This document shows positions 50,821 through 60,646 of a stretch of DNA of 64,000 nt, piece after piece (within the stretch, counting starts at the first letter, position 1; each line of letters opens with the position of its first letter). A program made the position numbers and the translations under genes. The notes beneath the pieces are model-generated. The model made no database searches. It was not told the DNA's origin and was given only the letters and a program-made list of their open reading frames with translations. Origin of the DNA: Rhodospirillaceae bacterium (GTDB lineage Bacteria; Pseudomonadota; Alphaproteobacteria; UBA6615); NCBI GenBank assembly GCA_002724635.1, contig PBPM01000101.1, positions 48,565 to 112,564 of the forward strand. The letters run 5' to 3'.

Positions 50821-51378
50821 CTAGGCCGCTTGCGGCACGCTCTTTTCGTCGATTAGTGCGAGGAAGGTCTCGGTCAGCGCGGCGCCAGCGGCTTCAGACG
50901 TGGCGGTGATTAGGGAGCCTTCGGTCACGACTGCTTCGTCGACAATCCAGTCCGCGCCGGCGCGGTTCAGAGCTTCGCCAAGCTCTCCGTCGCCCGCGAT
51001 CCGCCTGCCCGCAACGAGCTCGGCCGTGATGAGCAGGTTTACTGCCTCGCCGATCACCAGCACCGGCTGGTTCGCGTCGAGGAACGCGCCTATCAGGCGC
51101 TTCGTGTGCGGATTCTCGGCAAGGGTCTTGGCGCTGTTAGCCCCGTCGGGAAGGATTAGGCCGCAGAAATCGGACGCCAGCGCGTCTCCAATAGCCTCGT
51201 CGGCCATGAAATGATGGCCCCAGCTATCGGCGTGCCAGCCCTGCACCAGCCCGCCGTCAGGCGAGACCACCTTCATAGCCCGGCCTTTGGCCAGAAGCGT
51301 TTTCTGGGTGTTGGTGAAGGTTGTTTCCGCGAACCCGGCCGCGGCGAGAATTACGATGGGAAGTTTTTCATCTGCCAT
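50821..51378 (-). CDS. DJ-1/PfpI superfamily protein lacking the nucleophile Cys
   Basis: 185 aa with a typical DJ-1 fold pattern (IVILAAAGFAETTF, GLILPDG). At the nucleophile elbow, PVLVIGEAVNLL replaces the usual ..AICxGP... Confidence 0.7.
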   Translation of the reverse strand: MADEKLPIVILAAAGFAETTFTNTQKTLLAKGRAMKVVSPDGGLVQGWHADSWGHHFMADEAIGDALASDFCGLILPDGANSAKTLAENPHTKRLIGAFLDANQPVLVIGEAVNLLITAELVAGRRIAGDGELGEALNRAGADWIVDEAVVTEGSLITATSEAAGAALTETFLALIDEKSVPQAA

Positions 51379-51786
51379 TTACACACTCCATGTATGCATG
51401 GCGCTAGCAGGGCTGGAGAATCCCATACCGGCGCCGTGTATTGGTACCCATCAAGGATGCGGCGATAAAAAGGGTCGCGTGCACTCCTTTGGGACATGCT
51501 CGTTCGGAAGCGGCACGGCGCAAGAAGCGTCGGTCGGACCCGCGATTTCGAAGATAGGCGGAATGTAGGAATCGTACCGGCGAGAGTCAATCTAACGCCA
51601 GGAGAATGTGCGGTTTCGCCGCACGATTTTGCGAGGTGGCGCTAGCGGGCGAGACCGGTCTGAGGGTCGCGCCGCGGGGAGCGGGTCAGCGAGCCGCTGG
51701 TGTCCTGCGGGGATTCCTCGCGCGTGACGGTTCCCTTATAAAGTTCGTGGCTCCGCATCAGCAACGAACAAGATGCGCGCCAAGTA

Positions 51787-51863
51787 TGGCGCGCCCGGCA
51801 GGATTCGAACCTGCGACCTTCGGCTTCGGAGGCCGACACTCTATCCAGCTGAGCTACGGGCGC
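51787..51863 (-). tRNA. tRNA-Arg (anticodon CCG)
   Basis: Reverse complement GCGCCCGTAGCTCAGCTGGATAGAGTGTCGGCCTCCGAAGCCGAAGGTCGCAGGTTCGAATCCTGCCGGGCGCGCCA folds as a cloverleaf: 7-bp acceptor stem, D arm GCTC/GAGT, anticodon stem TCGGC/GCCGA with loop CTCCGAA, T arm GCAGG-TTCGAAT-CCTGC, and an encoded CCA. Confidence 0.95.
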
Positions 51864-51991
51864 GTCACGGCCGGGACAATTGCGCCAAAGGCCACCAAGG
51901 TCAAGCAAAGCCGCATTGCCGACTTGCCAAATGCGCCCCATATTGTCGCAAATCGTCACCTTGACTGCCCATAAGGCGAGGAGATTAGGGA

Positions 51992-52408
51992 ATGAGCGGC
52001 GGAAACGGCCCTAAAATTGAGAAATCCGACGAGGAATGGCGTAGCGAACTGACGCCCGAGCAGTACCAGATTGCCCGCCAAGCAGGCACCGAGCCGCCCT
52101 TCACCGGCAAGTATCATGACTCAAAGGGCTCGGGGACGTTTTATTGCGTGTGCTGCGGCGCGGCGCTATTTGAATCTGGGACAAAATACGATTCCGGCAC
52201 CGGCTGGCCCAGCTTCTGGCAGCCGGTGGACCCGACCGCGGTCGAGACCCGTGTGGATCGAGCCTATGGGATGGTACGAAACGAGGTGGTCTGCGCCAAA
52301 TGTGATGCACACTTGGGCCACGTGTTTCCCGACGGCCCCCAGCCGACGGGCCTGCGCTACTGCATAAACTCGGCGTCGCTCGATCTCAAGTCCGAGGGTG
52401 AGGAGTAG
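51992..52408 (+). CDS. msrB: Peptide-methionine (R)-S-oxide reductase
   Basis: 138 aa. Zinc-site CxxC pairs ([18 protein letters not shown]) and the catalytic RYCINS motif. Confidence 0.95.
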   Translation: MSGGNGPKIEKSDEEWRSELTPEQYQIARQAGTEPPFTGKYHDSKGSGTFYCVCCGAALFESGTKYDSGTGWPSFWQPVDPTAVETRVDRAYGMVRNEVVCAKCDAHLGHVFPDGPQPTGLRYCINSASLDLKSEGEE

Positions 52409-52507
52409 GGGCGACTTCGTTAGCCCTTTATGCAGCCTGATCTGCCGGCCGTGATAGTTGCCGACAGACCTGTACGAAATGCCGGTTTCAGCGGTGATGG
52501 TCGGCGA

Positions 52508-53524
52508 TCAATTCATTCGGTGCGACAACCGCCCCTCCGGTTCGTGCGTATCGGCGCCGGATGGCAGTGCGCGTGCCGGATGCTCGACCCATGACAGGAT
52601 ATCCCGCAAAACCAGATCACTCTGCAGGTCGCGTAGCAGCATGTGGTAGCCCGCGTCGTAGACGGCGATCCGGCGGACTCTCGCAGGCGCGGGCGGTAGC
52701 CTGGCGAGCATACGGCGCGATGCCTCAGGTGGCACGATGTCGTCGTTGGCGCCGAAGAGCAGAAATGCCGGCGCGTCAAACGCGTGCGCCGCGTCAAGGG
52801 CCTGGTCCATGAGGTTGATGATCCCCCAGAGCGCATCGACGCGCGTGTTTTTGATAACCAACGGATCCCGGCCGAGTGCGTGCAGCATCTCCAAATTGTC
52901 TGACGGGTTACGCTTGATGCCCTGTCCGGTCAGCTGCATCCAAGGCACTGTGTGGGCAAATAGCCACAGGCTCATGGTCTGGTAGAAGGGCATGAGCTCC
53001 CGTCCCCAAACAGCAGGGGCGACCAGGATCAGTCCGTCGACATCGAGCGGTGTCTCCGCCCAAGCAGACATGAGAACGGCCCCACCCATGCTCTCGCCGA
53101 GGGCGTAGACCTTGGCATCGGGATAGGCGTCGCGGGCGGCGTGGACTGCATCTCGAGCGTCGGCACGCAGCTGGTCGACGCCGGGCCATATGCCCGCTTG
53201 GCCAGACGCACCGAAACCCCGCTGGTCATAGGCGAGGGTGGCGATCCCGTTCTCGGCCAGCTGCGGGCCTATCTCGGCGAAAGCGTTGGAGTAATCGTTG
53301 AAGCCGTGCAGAGTCACGATGACGGTATGGGGCGTCGTCGAGGGCAGCCAGCGGCGCAAAGGCAACTGCGTCCCGTCCGTAGCGATGAAATGTATGTCGG
53401 TCAGCGAGGGCGGCATTGGCGTATCGGCGCGGGGTCCCGGGTCCTGGATGCGCGGTGCGCAGGCGTTGATCAGCACCACCAGTATCTGGGCTAGGAGCAG
53501 GGGCAGGGCGTTTCGGAACCTCAT
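52508..53524 (-). CDS. Alpha/beta hydrolase (lysophospholipase / monoacylglycerol-lipase-like), probable lipoprotein
   Basis: 338 aa. N-terminal signal with a lipobox-like LINAC. HGFNDYS oxyanion region and nucleophile elbow GESMGG. ATGA overlap with the upstream ABC ATPase stop. Confidence 0.8.
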   Translation of the reverse strand: MRFRNALPLLLAQILVVLINACAPRIQDPGPRADTPMPPSLTDIHFIATDGTQLPLRRWLPSTTPHTVIVTLHGFNDYSNAFAEIGPQLAENGIATLAYDQRGFGASGQAGIWPGVDQLRADARDAVHAARDAYPDAKVYALGESMGGAVLMSAWAETPLDVDGLILVAPAVWGRELMPFYQTMSLWLFAHTVPWMQLTGQGIKRNPSDNLEMLHALGRDPLVIKNTRVDALWGIINLMDQALDAAHAFDAPAFLLFGANDDIVPPEASRRMLARLPPAPARVRRIAVYDAGYHMLLRDLQSDLVLRDILSWVEHPARALPSGADTHEPEGRLSHRMN

Positions 53525-54522
53525 TCGTCGTCGGGGGTGCCCCGGGTCAGGGCGAGGAATACGTCTTCTAGGTCGGGCTCTTCGGTGGACAGATCGGCAA
53601 TAGCGATGCCCGCAGCTGATAGCGCGTCGAGTATCTCCCGCACCTCGGTTTCTCGCGTGCGGTAGCGGAAAACCATACTGCGTAGGCCCGTGAGTTCAAC
53701 ATTGAATGCCCGCATTTCGTCCGGAAGCCTCGGCAGGTCGGCGGATAGCGTCAGGCGCAGCTCCTTGTTGTCAAGACGGTTGACCAGCGCCCGCGTGCCG
53801 TCGCAGGCAATCACCCTGCCCTCGTTGATGATTGCGATCCGGTCGCAAAGTTCCTCGGCCTCTTCGAGGTAGTGGGTGGTCAGAACCACCGTCGTGCCGT
53901 TCGCGTTAAGCTCACGCACGAAGCTCCAGAGCGAGCGGCGGAGCTCGATATCCACGCCCGCAGTCGGCTCGTCGAGGACTAGCACGGGCGGGTTGTGGAC
54001 CAGCGCCTTGGCAACCAGCAGGCGCCGACGCATACCGCCCGACAGCGATCGGGAATAGGCCTCGGCTTTATCCGACAGCCCGACCCGCTCGAGGATCTCG
54101 TCGGTCCGCCGCTCGGCCGGCGGCACGCCATAGAAGCCGGCCTGCACCTCGAGCATCTCGCGCGGGCTGAAGAAAGCGTCTAGGTTGAGCTCCTGCGGAA
54201 CCACGCCGATCGCTGCGCGCGCTAGGCGCGGTTCCCGGTCGATATCGAGGCCCCAGACCTCGGCCGTGCCAGCGCTCTTGATCACCAGGCCTGCCAAGAT
54301 GTTGATGAAAGTCGACTTGCCGGCGCCGTTCGGACCGAGCAGGCCGAAGATGCCGCCGCGCGGGACATCTAGGTCGACCGACTTGAGCGCGTGCACCCGC
54401 GCCCCGCCATCCGCGCGATAGATCTTGTCAAGGCCGCACGTTGTAATAGCCAGATCCGGCAGTTTCTCGGGGTCTGGAATGTGAACAGGATCGGAGCTGG
54501 TCGGCGTGTCGTAGGGTGTCAT
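53521..54522 (-). CDS. ABC transporter ATP-binding protein (ABC-2/DrrA-like, with C-terminal extension); no permease adjacent
   Basis: ATG 54522 ([10 protein letters not shown]...). Walker [10 protein letters not shown], signature [12 protein letters not shown], Walker [14 protein letters not shown]-loop LTTHY. Confidence 0.85.
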   Translation of the reverse strand: MTPYDTPTSSDPVHIPDPEKLPDLAITTCGLDKIYRADGGARVHALKSVDLDVPRGGIFGLLGPNGAGKSTFINILAGLVIKSAGTAEVWGLDIDREPRLARAAIGVVPQELNLDAFFSPREMLEVQAGFYGVPPAERRTDEILERVGLSDKAEAYSRSLSGGMRRRLLVAKALVHNPPVLVLDEPTAGVDIELRRSLWSFVRELNANGTTVVLTTHYLEEAEELCDRIAIINEGRVIACDGTRALVNRLDNKELRLTLSADLPRLPDEMRAFNVELTGLRSMVFRYRTRETEVREILDALSAAGIAIADLSTEEPDLEDVFLALTRGTPDDE

Positions 54523-54644
54523 GTGGGTCCGGGCGTTCGGAAGATGTTGTCGCGCTTTCGCGCTTCGCCTATGTATGGCGTTCGCGCGCGCGGCACAACC
54601 GCGTGGCCGAACCGATTGTCTCCAGACGTGGGAGCACACCGATC

Positions 54645-54824
54645 ATGCAGCCGCCCGAAACCATCGAGGTCAACAGCCGTGAGATCGCCTGCGACGGCGG
54701 CGAAGGCGCGCTGGGGCACCCCCGCGTGTTCCTGAACATGGGCCAGAGGACTGAGATCGATTGCCCCTATTGCGGCCGCCAGTTTGTACTTGCAGCCGAT
54801 GCACCGGCGTCGGCCGGGCATTGA
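54645..54824 (+). CDS. Zinc-finger domain protein (zf-CHCC, NDUFS6-like)
   Basis: ATG 54645, 59 aa: [47 protein letters not shown]. This matches the C..G.LGHP.V(F/Y)L......CPYCG pattern of this small alphaproteobacterial family. Confidence 0.8.
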   Translation: MQPPETIEVNSREIACDGGEGALGHPRVFLNMGQRTEIDCPYCGRQFVLAADAPASAGH

Positions 54825-54835
54825 ATCGCCCCAAC

Positions 54836-55384
54836 TTGGGGCTTCCTGCCCCGCTCGAGACCCGGCGCCTCGCCCTCGTGCCCGTCGGGCGCGATCTCGC
54901 CCGCGCACTGCTGGCCGACCGGAAACTCGCCGCCGAACTCGCCGGCAGCGCCATCCATCGCGATTTTCCTGACCCCGACTTGGCAACCAAGCTGCCGGCC
55001 TTCGCACAGCGCCTTGATGATGCGACTAACCCGGCACTTGGCCGCACCGCGCCCAGCGACCCGGCGGGCTGGGGGCTGTGGCTGTTTCGCTACAATGTAG
55101 AGCGCATGATCGTTGGCGCCGCTTCATTTACCGGCCCGCCCAACGCGGCCGGGGAGGTCGAGCTCGGCTACCAGATCGTCGCCGCCCATCGTCGGCGTGG
55201 GCTCACCGCCGAGGGCTGCGCCGCGCTAGTCACGTGGGCCTTCCACAACAGCGCCACCACCGCGGTTATCGCCGATTGCGGCGAGGAGAACACCGCTTCT
55301 ATCCGCACCCTGCAGAAGCTAGGTTTTACCCACGAGCGCAGCGCGCGCGAACGCCACTACTGGCGTCTGCCTCGCCCGGTTTAG
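54836..55384 (+). CDS. GNAT family N-acetyltransferase
   Basis: LETRRLALVP start region typical of RimJ/RimL-like GNATs. Acetyl-CoA motif QIVAAHRRRGLTAEG, then NTASIRTLQKLGF. The start is uncertain: an in-frame TTG at 54836 lies just after the zf gene stop, and the ORF-track start 54761 overlaps that gene. Confidence 0.7.
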   Translation: MGLPAPLETRRLALVPVGRDLARALLADRKLAAELAGSAIHRDFPDPDLATKLPAFAQRLDDATNPALGRTAPSDPAGWGLWLFRYNVERMIVGAASFTGPPNAAGEVELGYQIVAAHRRRGLTAEGCAALVTWAFHNSATTAVIADCGEENTASIRTLQKLGFTHERSARERHYWRLPRPV

Positions 55385-55415
55385 CGCGCCTGCGATCCGA
55401 ACAAGGGAGAACGAC

Positions 55416-56048
55416 ATGGCCGACTACACGCTTTATGGGCACCCGCGCTCGGGCAACGCTTACAAGACCGCGCTGATGCTGTCGCTGACCGGCACCGACT
55501 ATGACTTCGAGCTTGTCAATATCATGGGCGGCGGAAACCTCGAGGCGGATTATCTGTCCGTGAACCCACTGGGCAAGGTGCCGGCGCTGCGCCATGGGGA
55601 CCTCATCCTGCGCCAGAGCCATGACACACTGCGCTACCTAGCCGAACAAACGAGGCAGTTCGGCCCAGATGGATGGGACGAGGAGGCACGGATCGGTGAC
55701 TGGATTGGCTTCGCCGTTGATTTCTTCGGCTATGGCCTCGCCCGGCTGCGCTTCGAGCTTCTGTTCGGCGCCGGCCCCGGGCCCGTGTTCGACTATTTCA
55801 AGGCCACGGCCGACCGGGGCCTAGCGATCATCGAGCCTTATCTGGCCGCTAATGACTGGTTGGTTGGCGATCGTTCCTCCATCGCCGACATCGCCTGCTA
55901 TCCGGTCTCGTCCTTCCTGACCGACGCCGGCTACGATCCAGCGGGCTTCCCAGCGCTTACCGCTTGGCAGGACCGTTTCCGGGCGTTACCCGGCTTCGGC
56001 ACGCAGCTCGACCTGATGCCGGCGGACAACTGGCCGCCGGCCGACTAA
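55416..56048 (+). CDS. Glutathione S-transferase family protein
   Basis: 210 aa. Thioredoxin-like N-domain (YTLYGHPRSGNAYK, NPLGKVPAL) and a helical C-domain (SIADIACYP). Confidence 0.85.
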   Translation: MADYTLYGHPRSGNAYKTALMLSLTGTDYDFELVNIMGGGNLEADYLSVNPLGKVPALRHGDLILRQSHDTLRYLAEQTRQFGPDGWDEEARIGDWIGFAVDFFGYGLARLRFELLFGAGPGPVFDYFKATADRGLAIIEPYLAANDWLVGDRSSIADIACYPVSSFLTDAGYDPAGFPALTAWQDRFRALPGFGTQLDLMPADNWPPAD

Positions 56049-56091
56049 GCCGCTGCGCCCGTTTGCCGTTTCTTAACCGCGCCCTGCCAGA

Positions 56092-56499
56092 TTGGTAGGG
56101 TTTTGCGCGTTTTTCAAAAAATATCGTGGCGATCCGGCCAACAAGAACCCGCTTCTGGAGAAATTCTTTCGGGACACTTTGTCCGTGCTTGGCCGCAGCT
56201 TAACCGAAGAGCAGCTGTGTGCAATCAATATGCAGTTCGGCACGCGGGGTTGCAGCGTGCACAAGGTCGATCTGCCCTTCTCGATCTCGCTGCTGCACCG
56301 TTATGTGTTGCTGCTGGTCGGCTGGTAGCGCCGTTCGCGCCGCCGCTGGATCAGTAACCGCCGCCGCTATCCGTCCGCGACCGTCGGCAACATCGCGGTC
56401 ACCGCCCTCTTGTTCGCCTTAGTCTCTATCCTGACGCTAACTGGGATCTTCGGCCTGTCGATATCGTCCGGTGTCGTTTTGGTGGAGAAGGCGGGGTAA
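56092..56499 (+). pseudogene. Degraded or interrupted ORF (no ATG start, in-frame TAG at 56326-56328, C-terminal TM segment)
   Basis: One reading frame is open from 56077 to 56499 except for a single TAG. The upstream part is ...KKYRGDPANKNPLLEKFFRDTLSVLGRSLTEEQLCAINMQFGTRG...LLLVGW. After the TAG comes RRSRRRWISNRRRYPSATVGNIAVTALLFALVSILTLTGIFGLSISSGVVLVEKAG. The only start candidate before the internal ATG (56230) is TTG 56092. Confidence 0.3.
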
Positions 56500-56563
56500 G
56501 GCCTGCTGGAGTCCCTACGTCAGCAGATGGTGCTCCTAGTCAAGGTGATCGGACACACCCTCT

Positions 56564-57307
56564 CTAGAACGTCTCCGTCCACGGTCGGATATCCAGCTCG
56601 TGGGTCCAAGCGCTGCGCGGCTGCTGGTGTAGCTGCCAGAAGGCCTCGGCGATGGCATCCGGGTCGAGCATGTTGTCGTCCTGGCCCATGCCATCGAGTT
56701 CCGCGGCCCGCGTGGGCATGCCCTCGCGAATCTTATCGCCGTCGATTACGCCATCGACAATCACATGGGCCACATGCACGCCTTGCGGCCCATACTCCCG
56801 CGTTGCCGACTGGGCGACCATACGCAACCCTGCCTTTGCCGCTGCGAAGGCCGCGTAGCCGTCCGCACCGCGCAGCGAGCCGGTGGCACCTGTGAACAGC
56901 AACGATCCGCCGCCGCTCGCGGCTATACGCTTCGTCGCCTCCCGAGAGACGAGAAACCCGCCGAAGCACGCGACTCGCCAGAGATGCTCGAACAGCCAGG
57001 CCTCGGTCTCGGCTAGTGGGTGGCGCACGTTGGCACCCGGGTTGAAGACGACGCTCCGGATGGGCGCGTGGCTGGCTTCCACCGCGTCGAACAGGGCCGT
57101 CACCTGATTTTCCTTTCGCACGTCGAGCACGTGGACGGATGCGTTGCCGCCCTGGGCCATGATCTCGTCCGCCCGCTCTGTGAGCCGCTCTTCGGTGCGT
57201 CCGGCCAGAACCGCGTGCAACCCGGCGGCGGCGAATCGCCGGGCGATTGCCGCGCCCGCGCCCCGCGCGGCGCCGACGCCGATGATGATCGCTGTTCCGT
57301 CCGTCAT
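56564..57307 (-). CDS. SDR family oxidoreductase
   Basis: ATG 57307 (MTDGTAIIIGVGAARGAGAAIARRF...). Gly-rich NAD(P) motif and an active-site region YAAFAAAKAG (YxxxK). 247 aa. Confidence 0.85.
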   Translation of the reverse strand: MTDGTAIIIGVGAARGAGAAIARRFAAAGLHAVLAGRTEERLTERADEIMAQGGNASVHVLDVRKENQVTALFDAVEASHAPIRSVVFNPGANVRHPLAETEAWLFEHLWRVACFGGFLVSREATKRIAASGGGSLLFTGATGSLRGADGYAAFAAAKAGLRMVAQSATREYGPQGVHVAHVIVDGVIDGDKIREGMPTRAAELDGMGQDDNMLDPDAIAEAFWQLHQQPRSAWTHELDIRPWTETF

Positions 57308-57384
57308 GAAACATCTCCTGTTTTGTCCCGCAAAAACGGCATCCCAGCCTGTCTGGGCGCGTGGAATCGCGTTAAAATTAGACC

Positions 57385-60252
57385 ATGACTGACAAAAAAA
57401 CAGCACGCGGCGGCGGCCCGGCGCGCCTCTATCTGATCGACGGCTCGGGGTTCATCTTCCGCGCCTTCCATTCGAGCCCGCTCGACGCCTTCAAGCGCTC
57501 CGACGGCGTCCACACCAACGCCGTCAACGGTTACGTCAACATGCTCTTGAAGTTGATTGACCGGGCCCATGACGACGGCGCGCTTGACTACATGGCCGTC
57601 ATCTTCGATGCCGCCCGTAAGAATTTTCGCAATGACATCTACCCGGAATATAAGGCGAACCGGGACGAGCCGCCTGAGGAGCTGCGGCCCCAGTTCCAGC
57701 TCGTCCGCGACGCGACCGAAGCGTTTGGCCTACCCGCCATCGCCAAAGAGGGCTTTGAGGCAGACGACCTGATCGCGACATACGCACGCGCGGCCGAGGC
57801 TCAGGGAATCGAGACTGTAGTGGTCTCGTCGGACAAGGACCTTATGCAGCTGGTGCGTGACGGCGTCTTCATGCTCGACCCGATGAAGGACATCGTCATA
57901 GGAGAGGACGAGGTGATGGACAAGTTCGGCGTCACCCCGGACAAGGTGATCGACGTGCAGTCGCTGGCTGGCGATTCCACCGACAACGTCCCCGGCGTAC
58001 CGGGCATCGGCGTGAAGACTGCTGCGCTACTCATAAACGAGTATGGCGACCTGGACACGCTTCTCGACCGGGCCGAGGAGATCACGCAGAACAAGCGCCG
58101 CGAGAACCTGATCGAGTTTGCCGATCAGGCTCGGATCAGCCGCGAACTCGTGCGGCTTAAGGACGACGTAAAGACCGAGCACGCAATCGCGGACTTCGCC
58201 CTCAAGGACCCGCACCCGGCAACGGTGCTCGAGTTCCTGCGGGCAATGGAGTTCCGAACTCTGACACAGCGGATCGAGAGCCGGTTCGTCGCCAACGGGC
58301 TGATTGACGCTGCTGAGACCCGGGTCGCGCTCGCCGCCGAGGCTCCCGGCGAGGACCAATATGATCTGGTACAGGACGAGAAGACCCTAAAGGTCTGGAT
58401 CGACGGCGCGCGCGACGCGGGCATCGTCGCCTTTGATACCGAGACCACGTCGCTCAACGCTATGCGGGCGGAGCTGGTGGGCGTCTCGCTTTCCTATGCG
58501 CCTGGGCGCGCCTGCTACATTCCGCTCGGCCATCTGGAACCGGCGGACGAAGAGCTCGATCTGCTCGGCGACCCTGTTGAAGGCGACGGTAAGACGAACG
58601 GCGCGCTCAAGCAGATCGATATCGCGAAGGCACTCAAGCCCATCAAGGCGCTGATCGAGGACCCGTCGGTCCTCAAGGTCGCCCACAACGCCAAATATGA
58701 CCTGCTGGTGCTTGCCCGCGCGGTCGAGAAGCACCTTCCCAAGGAGCAGCCGCTGGCGCCCGCCGCCCTCGACGACACGATGCTGCTTTCCTACGTACTG
58801 GACGCCGGGCGCACTAAGCATGGGCTGGACGAACTGACCTTCCGCCATCTCGAGCGCGAGAACATCAAGTTCGAGGAGGTGGTGGGCAAGGGCAAAAGCC
58901 AGATTCCATTCTCCGAGGTCGTGCTCGACCGCGCTCTCGACTACGCCGCCGAGGACGCCGATGTCACCGGGCGACTCCACAGTCGGCTCAAGCCACGTCT
59001 GCCGGGCGAGCGCATGGCGACGGTTTATGAGACCATAGAGCGGCCCCTCGTGCCCGTCATCGTTGATATGGAGCGCGCAGGCATCAAGGCCGACGCCGGG
59101 ACGCTAATGGGCCTGTCGAAGGACTTCGCCAAGCGCATGGCGGCCCTCGAGAAGAAGGCCCATAAGGTGGCGGGCGAAGAGTTCAATGTTGGCTCACCCA
59201 AGCAACTCGGCGCGATCCTGTTTGACAAGCTCGGTATCGAAGGCGGCAAGAAGGGTAAGACCGGCGCCTATACCACCTCAGCCGACGTGCTGGGGGACCT
59301 CGCGGCCCAAGGCCACGAGCTGCCACGGATCATCCTCGACTGGCGCCAGATCCAGAAACTCAAGTCGACCTACGCCGACGCGCTGGTCGAGCAGATTCAC
59401 CCAGAGACAGGCCGGGTCCACACTTCCTACGGCATGGCCATTGCCCAGACTGGGCGGCTGTCGTCCAACGACCCGAACCTGCAGAATATCCCCGTACGGA
59501 CCGAGGAGGGGCGGAAGATCCGCGCCGCCTTCGTCGCCCGCAGGGGGAACAAGCTGGTGAGTTTGGACTACTCCCAGATTGAGCTGCGCGTCGTCGCCCA
59601 TGTGGCGGGCGAGGAGGCGCTCATCGCCGCCTTTCAGGCTGGGCAGGACATCCACGCTATGACCGCCAGCCAGGTCTTCGGCGTGCCGCTCGAGCACATG
59701 GACCCGATGGTCCGGCGCAATGCCAAGGCCATCAACTTCGGCATCATCTATGGCATTTCCGCTTTCGGGCTCGCCCGCAACCTCGGCATCGACCGGGGCG
59801 AGGCGGCTGCCTACATCAAGGCCTATTTCGAGCGCTACCCGGCTATTAAGCAGTACATGGACGAGACCAAGGCCTTCGCCCAAGAGGCGGGCTTCGTCGA
59901 GACCATCTTCGGCCGGCGCATCTATCTCTCGGGTATCAAGGACAAGAACCAAGCCGTGCGCGGCTTCGCCGAACGCCAGGCGATCAACGCGCCGATCCAA
60001 GGGGCGGCGGCCGACATCATCAAGCGCGCGATGATCCGCGTGCCAGCTGCGCTTCATAAGAAGAAGCTGTCATCGACCATGCTGCTGCAAGTTCATGACG
60101 AGCTGCTGTTCGAGGCGCCAGAGGGCGAGGTGGACGAGTTGATTGCGACCGTGCGCAACGTGATGGAGGCCGCGGCGGCCCCCGCTGTCAACATGGCCGT
60201 GCCGCTGGTTGCCGACGCTGGCATCGGCGACACTTGGGACGAGGCACACTAG
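57385..60252 (+). CDS. polA: DNA polymerase I
   Basis: 955 aa. 5'-nuclease domain (LYLIDGSGFIFRAFH), 3'-5' exonuclease (VAFDTETTSL), and polymerase motifs (DYSQIELRV, RRNAKAINFGIIYG, QVHDELLFE). Confidence 0.95.
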   Translation: MTDKKTARGGGPARLYLIDGSGFIFRAFHSSPLDAFKRSDGVHTNAVNGYVNMLLKLIDRAHDDGALDYMAVIFDAARKNFRNDIYPEYKANRDEPPEELRPQFQLVRDATEAFGLPAIAKEGFEADDLIATYARAAEAQGIETVVVSSDKDLMQLVRDGVFMLDPMKDIVIGEDEVMDKFGVTPDKVIDVQSLAGDSTDNVPGVPGIGVKTAALLINEYGDLDTLLDRAEEITQNKRRENLIEFADQARISRELVRLKDDVKTEHAIADFALKDPHPATVLEFLRAMEFRTLTQRIESRFVANGLIDAAETRVALAAEAPGEDQYDLVQDEKTLKVWIDGARDAGIVAFDTETTSLNAMRAELVGVSLSYAPGRACYIPLGHLEPADEELDLLGDPVEGDGKTNGALKQIDIAKALKPIKALIEDPSVLKVAHNAKYDLLVLARAVEKHLPKEQPLAPAALDDTMLLSYVLDAGRTKHGLDELTFRHLERENIKFEEVVGKGKSQIPFSEVVLDRALDYAAEDADVTGRLHSRLKPRLPGERMATVYETIERPLVPVIVDMERAGIKADAGTLMGLSKDFAKRMAALEKKAHKVAGEEFNVGSPKQLGAILFDKLGIEGGKKGKTGAYTTSADVLGDLAAQGHELPRIILDWRQIQKLKSTYADALVEQIHPETGRVHTSYGMAIAQTGRLSSNDPNLQNIPVRTEEGRKIRAAFVARRGNKLVSLDYSQIELRVVAHVAGEEALIAAFQAGQDIHAMTASQVFGVPLEHMDPMVRRNAKAINFGIIYGISAFGLARNLGIDRGEAAAYIKAYFERYPAIKQYMDETKAFAQEAGFVETIFGRRIYLSGIKDKNQAVRGFAERQAINAPIQGAAADIIKRAMIRVPAALHKKKLSSTMLLQVHDELLFEAPEGEVDELIATVRNVMEAAAAPAVNMAVPLVADAGIGDTWDEAH

Positions 60253-60646
60253 GGGTGTCAGGTAAAGATTCAAGGGCAATGGCTTATATCAACTTGTTAC
60301 CCTTCATTCTGTAAGTCGATACATTACGATCTTGAGGTTGCCGCGTAGAAGATGAAGGCGCGGCTCGAGAACATCCCAACACTCAAAGCGGCGGCATAAA
60401 GGCTTAGGTCAAGAAATTATCGCCCTCGGCTTTGCGTAGACGCCAGTAGGTCGGGTCGCGCTATTTCTCCTCGGCGAGGCCCATTTCCCAGGTGGGGCGG
60501 CACAGGAAATTCGGCTGATCCATGACGATCAGGCCGTCGCGGCGCCGCTGGTTCGTCGACACTGACCGGGCTAAGGTTCACGGGTCTGTGGGACTGGCCT
60601 AGCGAGGCGGACCGGATTCATGCACGAAGATTGAGGAGACGAACAT

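Noticed and set aside
50507-50856. ORF-track ORFs 50507-50689 (minus strand) and 50653-50856 (plus strand) in the mmcB/DJ-1 spacer.
   Set aside because: Each is about 60 codons with atypical composition, they overlap each other, and I see no RBS or family signal.
50492-51863. A tRNA-Arg-associated genomic island on the 3' side of the tRNA.
   Set aside because: There is no integrase or other mobility gene, I could find no direct repeat of the tRNA 3' end, and the neighbouring genes (DJ-1-like, mmcB-like, hldE) look like core genes.
60253-60646. Lower-GC spacer after polA. It contains a short minus-strand frame (VSTNQRRRDGLIVMDQPNFLCRPTWEMGLAEEK-stop, about 60463-60561) that looks like the C-terminal scrap of a lost gene.
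   Set aside because: It is too short (under 35 codons) with no start context or recognisable family. It could equally be chance, so it is noted only.
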